A stretch of 64,000 nt of DNA from the human T2T-CHM13v2.0 reference genome, Homo sapiens. Location: assembly GCF_009914755.1 (NCBI RefSeq), contig NC_060941.1; one strand, written 5' to 3'. Under the pieces are notes generated by a model. It was not told where the DNA came from. It did not search any database and worked only from the letters and a program-made list of their open reading frames with translations. A program made the translations under genes and the position numbers. Positions 43,932-57,052 of this stretch are shown piece by piece (position 1 is the first letter of the stretch; each line of letters begins with the position of its first letter).

Positions 43932-44709
43932 AAAGAAAGTTTGTAAAGGCTGCTCCTAAACTGATGTTTGAATCGTGCCTGACACAGAAGAAAGTGCTCA
44001 GTAAGTGTCAGCCACCTCTAGGTTATTATTTTTCTCATTGTCCTTGTTTTTATTTTTCAACTCTTTGAACCGTGCCTGACACACAATGAGTACATACTTG
44101 ATGTTACAACTGTTGACTTCAGAGTCTTAGATAGATCTAGCAAGAAGATAACCTCAAACATCATTGACTTTAACGTTCTGCTGTCATTGATGATGCATTT
44201 GAGGCCCCAGAAGTAAAGTAAGTTGTCAGAGGCCCCTGAATTGGCCACTAGCAGAGCTGAGTCTAGAACTGGGCCTCCTGATGTCCCAACGAAGTATGAG
44301 TCTCTGCCCGGATGCCCTCCTCACCATAAGCCCTAGTCCCAGTGGAGCTATATGCTCCTGAGCTGCAAAGCAAGTCTCTTTCTAGGTTTCTCTGCAGAGT
44401 CCAGGTCTTTGCATAACACTTAGAGAACATCAGGGATAAGACAGGTCCAGTGTTCTGTTCGGCTCACCAAAAAGAAGGGAGACACAGACCTTCTCCCCAA
44501 GCCCCGTCCCTCCCTCCATCCCCAGTCCTGTTCCTGTCCACCACACGTGACCCCAGGGTCTGATGGTGGTTGCGGTGGAAGTTGTTCTGGAATAAAACTC
44601 TCAGCTAGGTGATGCCCAGGGTGAGGATGTGGGAAGACAGAGTGATGCACAAGCTGGTCCGACAGCCCACTGGAGGCCACGTTTTTAAACCAGAGTCATG
44701 TGAAATAAG

Positions 44710-45006
44710 CAACACACACACACAAGTATACATGCGCACAAATATATACACACATACATAAACATATACACAAATACACATACACACAATAACATACAAC
44801 ACATACACACAACCACATGTGCATTCACACATACATATATGTACACACAGTCACATACATATATACACAAATACACATGCATGTGACACACATGCCTACA
44901 CATGCACATGAACACACAACCCAAATACACGTACACACGCATGCATGTAGACACATATGCATATACACATGAACACACATACACACACGTACACACACAT
45001 ACATAC
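44710..45006. repeat. Degenerate (CA)n / CATA simple repeat
   Basis: Directly visible. Confidence 0.95.
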
Positions 45007-46055
45007 TTCTTCCCTCTGCATCTGAGCTTGACAGTGTGCATGAAGTAGACATATGATCCAGTTTGTGGAATCGGTACCTCCTCTTCCCCAGAACATCAGG
45101 AAGCGACCAGAAAGGCAAGCCACTTGCATGCTACCTTGCAAACTGACCTCAGGGCACTGTGAACCTTGTGCTCGGCAGCCCCAGGCATCCTGGTGCTGCT
45201 TGCCTTCCCCACCCTCTCCCCGCCTGTCTGAGCTAGACAAATTTCCACCCCCGGCTCCCCACCTCAACAGTCTCCCCAGCCCCAGCTCAGCATCCCACAC
45301 ACACATGCAGGCTCAGGAAGGAGAAAAAAACAAGAGGGAAAGAGGCAAGCAACGGTGATTTCCTTTCACTTGGGCAGGCTGACCGTGGCCTCAAGGACCA
45401 CTGTCGCAATGCTTAGGCCTGAGCACGCATTTGTCTTTGTTTGGTTTGTTGCTTTGGTTTGTTTCGTTCTCCTGGCTGAATTACCACGTGGCAGCAGATC
45501 CTTTTTCTGGAGTAATGGAATCTTAGTCCTGGGTGTTTGGGGCTGAGAAAATGAACGTTCCATGATGCTATAAACGAAGGAAGATAAGAAACTAACTAGT
45601 CCAGCTAGTTTTTGCAGAATGCTGTGAGAGTTACAGGATAGGAAGCCACTTTCCTCCTGGGCCCAGCCCTTAGAGAGGTGCCTGAGAGGTGAGGGAGGTG
45701 CTCTCAGAGCTGCAGGCACTGCACTGTGCGCATTCCCACCATGAGATGCCTGGGGAAGGGGTCAGATTCCAGGGCTCAGGGACACAGAAGCCCCTTCTGA
45801 AGTGGGGATAGCTGAGAATGCAGAGGGGAGACAAAGTGGGCGGAGAGACAGCTCTCCTAGGGAGAGCGGAGGTCTAGAAAAGGTGCTGGGATGAGAGGGC
45901 GGGTTTTCACAGGCCCATGCATGGCACATGGGAGGCCCACGACACATGTTTATTGAATGAATGAAGGAATGGAAGGCCATAGCTGTGAGCATGCTTGTGG
46001 GCAGGGGTGGTTGAGAGAGCTGACCTCGCACTGAGCAAAGAAGGTGAAGGGCTGT

Positions 46056-46285
46056 AGAGGGGAAGGGAGAGGCCTCTGGGGAGGGGAGAAGCTTCCCGCA
46101 GAGAGGAGGGGAGAGGGCTCCAGGGGAGGGGAGGGGCCTCCTGCAGAGAGGAGGGGAGAGGGCTCCCGCAGAGGGGAGGGGAGAGGCCTCCTGCAGAGGG
46201 GAGGTGAGAGGGCTCCAGGGGAGGGGAGAGGCCTCCTGCAGAGGGGAGGGGAGAGGCCTCCTGCGGAGGGGAGGGGAGAGGGCTT
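46056..46285. repeat. G/A-rich degenerate tandem repeat (gagaggcctcctgcagaggggagggg)
   Basis: Directly visible ~20-26 bp units. Confidence 0.85.
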
Positions 46286-47822
46286 CAGGGGGTTCTTAGG
46301 AGGCAAAGAGTCAATGCTTCTCTTTCTAGGATGGTTTGAATGCAGTTTTGCTCTAAGGCAAGGAAATGAACCCAGAGACCCCCAGGGGCCCTTCTGGCTC
46401 CTGGCTCTGATTTTTAACTTCAGCCAAGGTGGGGAGGAGGGTGACAGGCAACAAGGCCCTTAGAGCTGTCCTCTGGCTGCAGAGATCTCTCCCTGTCCAG
46501 CATACCTAGTCGACAGGCTCCAGGGGAGCTTACGAAGGGGGCGTCCCAGCTATTTGCGTTCTCCTGAGTGATTTACCAACCCCCTGCCAATACAACTCCA
46601 TCTCCTGGAGAATTAACTGGCTCTCCTGAACTCATAAATAATTAGTGAGTCTGTCCCTGATGCCACTTAACAATTTGTGTTTTCAAAGCACTTTATGCCC
46701 ATTAACTAAAGAATTCCCAATTCACCTCCAGAAAAACAGGACATCATAAGAGGGAGCCTGAAAAGGCCTCTGGAAGTCATCTCATCCATCCCCCGGCCTC
46801 TGGGATATGGTAAAACTAAAACAAAACAAAATACCCAACAACCCTGTTTTGAGAACACATCGAGATCTAAACGCCTTAAAACAAAACAGAACAAAGAAAA
46901 ACAAGATGTCAGGAGGGCAAGCTGCTGTCTGACGAGTTAACCACTAGACCGAACCCACCAGGCCAAGGAGCCAGGGAGGTCCCATGGAGTGTGATGGGCC
47001 AGGGAGAGAAGCCTGTTAAAGGGGAGAGAGGTGCTTAATTTAATACCAGGCAAATGCAAGAGACCTTGAACCAATAGATAGGTTTCCTTACCTGCAGGTA
47101 GGGAAATGGTAATTTGCTAACCCAAACCCATTCATTAGCCTGTAAATGACGCAGCTCTTATACCTAGGAGTGTCCCTCTTAATTAGACCCCATACCTTTG
47201 CCCAGCCTCATTTTATGTTTTGCTTCTGGCTTGGGGCAGAAATGGCCGTTCATGCCAACTGGCCTCTCCCCATGGAGAGGGAGAGCTCGCTGTGCCTGTG
47301 GATTCATTTATAGTCGTCAAAACAAGATTCTCCAGGGAGGCAGTGGTCGGCCAAGCCCAAGGGCTATGGAGCCACAAGGATTCAAGGAAGCATCACTCCT
47401 TTGCCCTTTTAGAATCATGACCTCTTAATTAATCAGCAAGGAACTATAAAAAACCTACTGTATGCCCAGGACAGTGTGAGAAATGAGAGAGGAAAAAGGA
47501 GTCTCCATTTCTGCCCCATGAACAGGAAGGGTGTTTCCCTTTGGAATCTAGAGTCCACGTGGTGCCCAAGAACGGCATGGGGGAGTCAGGGAAGCAGAGG
47601 CCAAGCAAGACTCTTCTACAGGGAAGGTACTTAGACAGGCAACTTCCTATTCCCCGATCACCCCTGCCATCCTCACGGCCAAGGAAAGCAATGCCAGGAA
47701 TAAAGGCGATGGACAGGTGGAGGGTCTGTGTCTGGCACAGCAGAGCAAATGCCTACCAGAGCACAAAACCCACAGCTAACAACTATGAACCCTGGACAGA
47801 ACACCAAAAAAGCAACTATTAG

Positions 47823-48128
<306 letters not shown>

Positions 48129-48299
48129 CTAGGAGGCCCTGGGGAGTGAACCAAAGTGGGCAGACACCGGAGAGAACTGGCTGCTTGGAAGAAATGGATG
48201 GCACAACGTGAGTTTCCTGTTTTTTATAGCAAAACTTGAGGGCAGGCTGAAGTCAGCACAGCACAGACAGCTAACCCTCCAGCAGAAATCAAAACAGCA

Positions 48300-49970
48300 G
48301 CAGAAATCAAAACAGTGTGGTACTACCATAAGGACAGACACAGAGACCGGTGTAACAGAACAGAGAGTCTATATGCATCTATGGCCAACTGATTTTTGAC
48401 AAAGTTGTCAGGAAACTCAATGGGGAAAAAACATGTCTCTTCAACAAATGGAGCTTGGATAACTGGATAACCACATGCAAAAGAATGAACCTGAACCCCT
48501 ACCTCACATCATATACAAAAAGGAACTCAAAATGGATCAACAACCAAAATAGAAGAGCTGAACCATAAAACTCTTAGAAGAAAACATGGGGTTAAATCTT
48601 AAAATCCTTGGATTTTGCAATGGATTCTTAGATATGATGACAAAAGAAAAAAAAATGTAAGGTGGACTTCATCAAAATTAAAATCTTTTGTGTATCAAAG
48701 GGCATGATCAGGAAAGTGAAAGGCAATCTATAGAATGAAAGAAAATATTTGCAAATCATACATCTGACAAGGGTCTAGTATCCAGAATATGTAATGAAAC
48801 CTTACAACTGAACAACAACAACAACAACAACAAAACATAATTAAAAATTAGGCTGGATGTGGTGGCTGGCTCATGCCAGTAATCTCAGCACTTTGGGACA
48901 CTGAGGCAGGCAGTTTGCTTGAGCCCAGGAGTTCAAGACCAGCCTGGGCAACATGGTGAAACCCTGTCTCTACAAAACGTACAAAAATTAGCTGGGTGTG
49001 GTGGCATGTGCCCATAGTCCCAGCTATGTGGGGGGCTGAGGTAGGAGGATTGCTTAAGCCCAGGGGGTTGAGGCTGCAGTGAACTGTGTCTGTACCTCTG
49101 CTCTCCATCCTGGGCAACAAAGTGAGATCCTGTCTCAAAAAAAAAAAAAAAGACAATGGACTTGAACAGAAATTTCTCCAGAGAAGATATACAAACGGCC
49201 AACAAGCACATGAAAAGATGGTCAGCACCATTAGTCATCAGGGAAATACAAATCAAAACCCCCATAAGGTAACACTTCACACCCACCAGGTCAGCTATAA
49301 TTAAACAAATGAAAAATAACAAGTGTTGGTGTGAAGAAATCAAAACCTTTGTACATTGCTGGTGAGATTGTAAAATGGTTCAGTAACTGTGGAAAATAGT
49401 TTGTTCGTTCCTCAAAAAGTTAAACATAGAATTACCACATGATTCAATAGTTCCACTCCTAGGTATAGACCCAAAAGAACTGAGAACAAGGTCTCAAACA
49501 AACACATGCACACACCTATTCATGCACTGTGAACAACAGCCAACAGGGGGAAATGGCACAAAAGTCCATTAACAAGTGCACGTGGCATATACATGCAATG
49601 AAATAGTAATTAGCAATTAAAAAGGAATGAAGTACTGCTACAAGCTTCAACACGGATGGACCTTGAAAACATTATGCTCAGTAAAAGAAGCCAGATACAA
49701 AAGGTCACATATTGTATGACTCCATTTATGTGAAACATCCAGAATAGGTAAATCCACAGATACAGATTGTGGCTGAGTTGTTGCCAGGGGCTGGAAAGGA
49801 GTGGGGAGCAACTGCTTAATGGGTAAGGGGTTTCCTTTTGGGGTGATAAAATGTCTTGAAACTAGATAGAGGTGATGGTTGCACAATATTGTGAATGTAC
49901 TCAACGCTACTGAATTATTCATTTTATAATGGTTAATTTTATGTCATGTGAATTTCACCTCAATTACAAC
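48300..49970 (+). mobile_element. L1MB-type fragment (degraded ORF2 C-terminus plus 3' UTR), split by an AluJ
   Basis: aatcaaaacagtgtggtact...tcttcaacaaatgg...aactcaaaatggatca...ccttgaaaacattatgct...tgtgaatttcacctcaat. Confidence 0.9.
48851..49151 (+). mobile_element. AluJ
   Basis: ttgcttgagcccaggagttcaagaccagcctgggcaac; ggaggattgcttaagcccagg. Confidence 0.9.
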
Positions 49971-49989
49971 ATAAGAAAAACCTCCAAGA

Positions 49990-50935
49990 GGAAACTCACA
50001 GTCTAGAATTCAGGGCAACCACAGGCACCAGAAAGTGAGGATGGATCCTGGAAAGTGGAGAGCCAGTGAGGGGAACATCAAATTCTTTGTATAGATGATG
50101 CCTAAATCTCTGGCTGACCCCTGAACTATATGTACTCAGGGCAGACTGCAAGTAACCCAGCTGAGGATAAATGTACTGAACTGAGATTTGAGCTACTGCC
50201 CCAAGGGAGAGTTTGCAGTTTGAATCAATTAAGTTAGTTCCCCCTAAAACAAAAAGTAAAATCAATACTTGTTGAAGAAATGTAATAGAATCTAGATTCT
50301 CTCTGACTTATTGCAATGCCCAAGATATATTCAAAATTACTCTACATACAAAGAACATGCAACCCATTCTCAAGATAAAAGATAATCAAGACTGACCCTG
50401 AAATGATGAGATGTTGAAATTAGCGGACACGAATTTTAAAGCTGCTAATATATTTCATGCAATAAATGACAATGTGCTCATTTAGTAAATAATAGTAAAT
50501 CTTTAGAAAGCTAGAAGTTATATATAAATATAACTTTTTTATACATTATATATATACATATATACAATGTATGAAAATTTTAGAACTGAAAAATAAAATA
50601 TATCAGATTTAAAAATTCACTGGATGGGCTTAACCAAAACATGGAGACAATAAAGGAAATAATGAACTTAAATATATATCCATAGAAATTACTCAATCTG
50701 AAGAACAGAGAGTAAGAAGATTGAAAAAAGTGAACAGGGACAATATAAAAACATCTAACATAGGTGTTAGTGAAGCTCAAGAAGGAAAGAAAAAATGGGG
50801 CTAAAAGTTTGAAGAAATAATGGTTCCCAAATTTGGTGAAAGACATGTATTTACAGATTCAAGATGGTCAGTGAACTCTAAGCAGGATAACCAACGACTC
50901 ATCATAGTCAAACTTCTGAAAACCTAAGATAAAGA
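49990..50935 (+). mobile_element. Old L1M 5'/ORF1-region fragment
   Basis: AT-rich: gagatgttgaaattagcggacac..ttttaaagctgcta; aaaaattcactggatgggcttaac; ttcccaaatttggtgaaagaca. Confidence 0.65.
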
Positions 50936-52119
50936 AAGTGGGGACAAGAGGATATTACATCCAGTTCTCAGCTACCCGTCCTGTGCATTTCAACAATTAG
51001 ACAATTGGTACAGACCTGGACACCAATCCATGTGTCCACTAGAGTCAGCTTCCTACCATAGTGTATGGGGAATGCTGAGCTCCAATTGCCCAAACTTCAG
51101 AAGGCTTTGCCCAGGCTCATTCCTGCCCAGCCATGGGCTATAAGTCCTTTTCTCTATGTTGAACAGAGAGGTCAACCAAAGGGAGAAAATAACCTTTTAT
51201 CTCTGGGTTGCCAGAAAGTCAGCAACACGTTGGAAAGGGGACCCAGGGCCCTCCCTCATGCCCCCGTTATCTGCATGTGCAGATTTCAGCTGATTCCCCA
51301 AGCCCGATGCAGAGGTCTCTCCTCCCTCTGTGAGTCCCTCCTGAACTACAGTATGATGCTTCTGGATTCCAGAAATTAGGGCTGTTTTCATAGCTGGGAC
51401 AAGTTTTCTTGGCTCAGGGAGGAAAGTAATAGTTCCCAGTCTTTTTCCTCCTCTTCCCCACAATTCAGTGTTTGAGGAGGGAGGGAGGCAAAGAGTGCTG
51501 TGGCTGGTGCAGAGGTGGAAATCCACCCACTGCCTCACTTGGAGTGATTTGCAAAGGGTACGTAGAGACACTTAGGGAAAGTAAGGAGAGGTGCGTCTTT
51601 CTTCCCGTGCCTCACCCCCTCCTCCCATGGGACAAGGGCCTCAGAAGGACCACAGGGGAAGCAGCTTCTTCAGTGGATTTCCTAGATCTATCATGGCCCA
51701 AGAGCAATGCTCAGATGCCCAATGCCTGCATGCGCATGATTGGGGCTGGTTCTGGTTTTCATTTTTTGGGGCCCTGAACTCCAAGGTCTTCATCTTGGAA
51801 TTCAAGGGCCTTGACCATCTGGTCCTTTCCTTGTCATTCCTTGGAGAGGTAGCGGGGGCCCAGCCCTCCCCTTCACCCATCCTGCACTTGGCTAATGCTC
51901 CCATCTGTAGGCCTCGGCCAGCCCTTGCAGTGCCCTCTGCCTGGAATCCTCCTCCTGAGCCTGCATCCCTACATTCCAGTGACTAAGTATCTTTATGTCC
52001 CCAGTTCAAATGTCCCATCTTCCTTAAAGTCCTTTCTGATGCCCCCATGAGGAAGGTATTTCTTCCCCATTGAGTCATTGCTTTCTATTTCATTTTGATT
52101 TATTCAATATTTTTGTTAT

Positions 52120-52295
52120 GCTATAGATAACTATCTGTCAGAAGCTCTTCTAAGAGCTTTTACAAATAATTGGGTAATCCTCACAACAACCTCATGAAGT
52201 GAGGACTATCATCCTCCATTTACAGATAGGGAAACTGATGCTCGGAGAGGCTGGGTCACTTGTCTAGGGTCATCATAGAGGCAGTCTGGCTCTGG
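52120..52295 (-). mobile_element. MIR
   Basis: aatcctcacaacaacctcatgaagt...ccatttacagatagggaaactgatgctcggagagg. Confidence 0.85.
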
Positions 52296-53148
52296 GGTTC
52301 CCCCTCTCTGTTCTCTATTGCTCTATAAACTGCTTGAGGCCTCATCAATTGATTAAGTAGAGGAATAGAAAAGCCTGGCACTCTGCCAAGAGCCCTGGGG
52401 GGAAGGAAGGAGTGAGGGGGAGGAGGCCTTCCCCCTGAAGGCCCCCAGAGCTTGAGGAGGACAAGCCCAGTTGGACAAGACTGAGGAAATAAGATGGTAC
52501 CCTAACCGAGTTCAGTGCCTCTCTGCTCTGCAAAAGCAGGGATAGGGTGGGGAGAGCACAGATTGTCTTCTCTCTGGTTGCCTAGCTGCCCCCTGATCTC
52601 ACCTGACACTGGGACTCTGATCCCCTTTCGGTCAGCTCCACTGCACCCCACCCCGCCCCAGATCCCGACTCTCTCTGCTTCTTCACGCCTGTGGGCCCAG
52701 GCTGGACTGCTCTGCCCGTTTCCCGGATGTGAAACAGATCCATACTGCAGAGGGAATTGCCCTTCAATAAGTGATGAGTTCCCCCAAGAGCTCTCCTGTG
52801 CTTTCCCCCTCCAGAGAATTTTCTGTTTTGTTTACTTAAGGGGGTGATTCCTTTTCATGTTCTCCTTCCTGTATCAAAGACAGCACGGCAGACAGACCAT
52901 TAACAAAGCAGGGCCTCCGGGTTGTTTTTCCAGGAGGAGGACTGGGCAGGGCCGCTCAGCCTGCTGGGCCTCCTCAACCTCCAGGCTCCCTCCCAGGTCC
53001 CCCTCACTGCTGGCTGGAGCAGGAGCAGGGAGGAGGACTTCCCTCTGAGAGCAGAAAATTGGGATTCAAAATAGACCAGTGTTAGGAAGCCAATAGCTTC
53101 TCCATACATACTCCAGGCAAGCTGATAGAACTGATAGTTCATATTTTT

Positions 53149-53434
53149 GGGCTGGGCGTGGTAGCTCACGCCTGTAACCCTAGCACTTTGGGAGGCCAAG
53201 GCAGGCAGGTTGCCTGAACTCAGGAGTTCGAGACCAGCCTGGGAAACATGGCAAAACCCTGTCTCTACTAAAAATACAAAACAATTAGCTGGTGTGGTAG
53301 TGCGCCTATAGTCCCAGCTACTTGGAAGGCTGAGGCATGAAAATCTCTTGAATCCGGGAGTGGCAGATGGCAGAGGTTGCAGTGAGCCGAGATTGTGCCA
53401 TTGCACTCTAGAGAGACTCTGTCTCCAAAAAAAG
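53149..53434 (+). mobile_element. AluS
   Basis: Dimer with a small 3' deletion; atagaactgat repeated in the flanks. Confidence 0.93.
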
Positions 53435-53519
53435 AATAGAACTGATCACTCCTATTTTTTAGAAGAGTAGAGACCCTCCTAAAATCAATCTTAAAATAGC
53501 AACAGCAGCAAATGAACTC

Positions 53520-53675
53520 TAGTGCTTCCCAGAATTTAATGTGCATGCCGCACCTGGGGAATCTTAAAATGCAGATTCTGATTCATCAGGTCTGGGGTGA
53601 GGTCTGAGTTTCTGCATGTTTAGCAACCGCTGAGTGATGCTGAGGCTGCCGGCATAAGCACCGCTCTCAGCCACT
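53520..53675 (-). mobile_element. MER5A
   Basis: cacctggggaatcttaaaatgcagattctgattcatcaggtctggggtgaggtctgagtttctgcat. Confidence 0.75.
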
Positions 53676-54437
53676 CAAGGAACTGGTGCATCCAAAAGCC
53701 CTGAACTAATCCGGCTTCACGAGGGGAAGATGCAACTATAATAAGGGTGGCCGTGGTGATGTTGTTACTAGGAGGAGTGGTTATTGAGCAGTTACTCTGC
53801 ACCAGATACTCCATGCCACTGTGGTACAACAGAAGGAAAATCTATCCAGCCTTGCAGGATTTTCCTAATCTCTCTCCAAGAGTCAACAGGGAAGGAGGAA
53901 ACTGAATATAAGAGGATTAACATTTTCTTTGCAATATGTCTCACTGCCCCATTTGATAGACGAAGTAACTGAGGCTGGAAGAGCTTTGGTAGCTTGCCGA
54001 GGTCCCATAACTCACAAGCAGCAGGGCCAGGATTCCAGCTGAGGTGTGCTCTGGCTTTCAAGACCATGGTAATTTGAACACAGCCTCTCATGAGACAGGG
54101 AGACAGAGGCAGAGAGAGCAGTGCATACCAGGCAGGACCAGACAAGCAGGCACCAGGGCGCGAGGCGGAATTCCACATCCTGCCTGTGACGCCCAAGACA
54201 GTCTCCTAGGCAAAACTGGGGAACTTCATGGAGAAGTTTCTAGGCCTGCTCACCATTCTTCTACCTCACCCTTGTCGTATTCCTGGAGCCTGAGAGAAGA
54301 GGGTCCCCTGGCCTTGTCAGCCCCATGAGAGGGGGCAGCAGGAGAACAGGGTCCTAGGTGGTGGCCTCTCTGCTTTCCAGAGCAGGAAACTGAGGCCTGG
54401 AGAGGGGAGGGGAACACCTGAAGGTCTCACCAGTGGG

Positions 54438-54994
<557 letters not shown>

Positions 54995-56158
54995 TGAGCA
55001 CTGAGCGAGACAGAGCCGTCTCTGGGCAGGCTGCTGCAAGCCCCAACCTCCAGGCAGCGGGAGCCTGGCAGGCTGGAAAACAAAAGAAAACTTCAGGAGA
55101 GGCCAGGAGGGAGGAAGGACCTTCTGAGAGGGCAAGAGATGTGCCAGAATTGCGCCTGAGCGAGCTGGGGAACAGATCCCAAGTCCTCCTCTCTTGTCTG
55201 TAGTGACAGATGAATGCGTTGGCCGGGGCTCGGGAGGGGGAGGACAGGGGCCAGTTGTCTTCAGGGCCCTGGCCTCTCCAAGGAAACCTCCACCCCCACC
55301 ACACCCAAACCCCAAGGGCTGGGCAAATGCACGGCGCCCAGCTATGCCAGCCTGTCCCAGGGGCTCTGGGGAATTTAAGCCAAGTCCTTCACTTTGATTT
55401 TGGGTTGGCCAAAGGAGAAGGAAAAGGCCAAGTGGATTGGATTCAGAAGCTCCAGCCTGGCCTGCAAGTTCCAGCTCAGACAAGAGGCCTCCCTCCAGCT
55501 CCCCATCCCCCACCACTGGTTACTCAGGCCTGGTGGAGAGCAAAGCCAGCCAGACATGCATTCCTCTGGGCCACTGTCCTGTGCCCAGAAGACAGGTGCT
55601 GGCATCAGACAGGGCTGAGGAAGGAATTCTGGGATGGAGGCAGGACAGAAGAGAGACTTCATCAGCCCAGCACATTCTAGGAAGACAGCGATGGAATGGG
55701 AGGGTTCTCTGGAGACCTGGGGACAGGCCTGAGGTTGTCTGAGCCCCAGGGGCTGGTCTTCGATGTGGACCCCAGAGGGTTTCCTGATTTATCCATGAGC
55801 TTGGACCTGCTGTGCTGAGGACAGAGGGGCAGTGTTCGGTCTCCTTGGGTAGCGTCTTCACCCTGTGACCCCTTCTCCATCTTGGCCTGCGCAGGGGGCC
55901 CAATCAACAGAACCCAACACTAGCCGGGGGGGTGTAAAATCCAAAAAGAACCTTTGCAATATCGGACAACTGGTGAACACTGCCAGCATGAGCATCTTGT
56001 ATATTTTGAACCAACTCTACCAGCCCATTTTCTAGTTGCTAGGATGGTCACCTCCAAACTCATGGGGGTTGTTGAAAGGATTCGATGTGTTAATACATGT
56101 GAGGCGCTTAGAACACAGACTGGGAAGGGGATAGGCTTTATATAAATGGTGGTTATTA

Positions 56159-56314
56159 CCATATTTCCTCTAAATGCACATTGTTTTCATTTTCATATCT
56201 CTGGAGTCAGAATGTATTTTGTGGATTAAATGGCAGCATTTTTTTTTTCTTTCTTGGCGGCACATAAAATAACATGCCTTATAATTGATGTGTCTTAGGT
56301 TCAGTCAAATATGG
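56159..56314 (+). mobile_element. MER104-like TcMar-Tc2 MITE
   Basis: Inverted ends ccatattt...aaatatgg; internal atgcacatt...cataaaataa...ttataattgatgtgtcttag. Confidence 0.55.
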
Positions 56315-56704
56315 GATGAAAAGGAACACTGTATTCTTAAGACCGCATCTTTCAGCGACGCCTCCTTCCATGTGAGTTGAGTCCTGGGGTGCTCCTCAGC
56401 TCCCCCACCCATGTGGAAACAGGCACAGAGGCCACAGGGAGCAGGAGGCCCCAGGGAGCAGAGACCCCAAGGGCATGAGGGATAAGCACAAAGTCCTGGG
56501 CCAAGGGTGCCCAGGTTGGCTGAGCCCTAGGCGGACAGGTCAGGAGCACGGTGGGCAGTGGGTGGGACAGGCCCCTAACAGAGCCCCTCGGGCTCACATA
56601 GTAATTCCATTGCTGGGTCAGCCACGTTCCCAAATCGTACATCAGACAATCTTCCCACCAACCCTCGAGTGTGAGGATGTTTTGTTTGTTTAAAACCCAC
56701 ATTT

Positions 56705-57052
<348 letters not shown>

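Noticed and set aside
48300-50935. L1 ORF2/ORF1 coding potential
   Set aside because: Heavily degraded with stops and frameshifts; fossil only.
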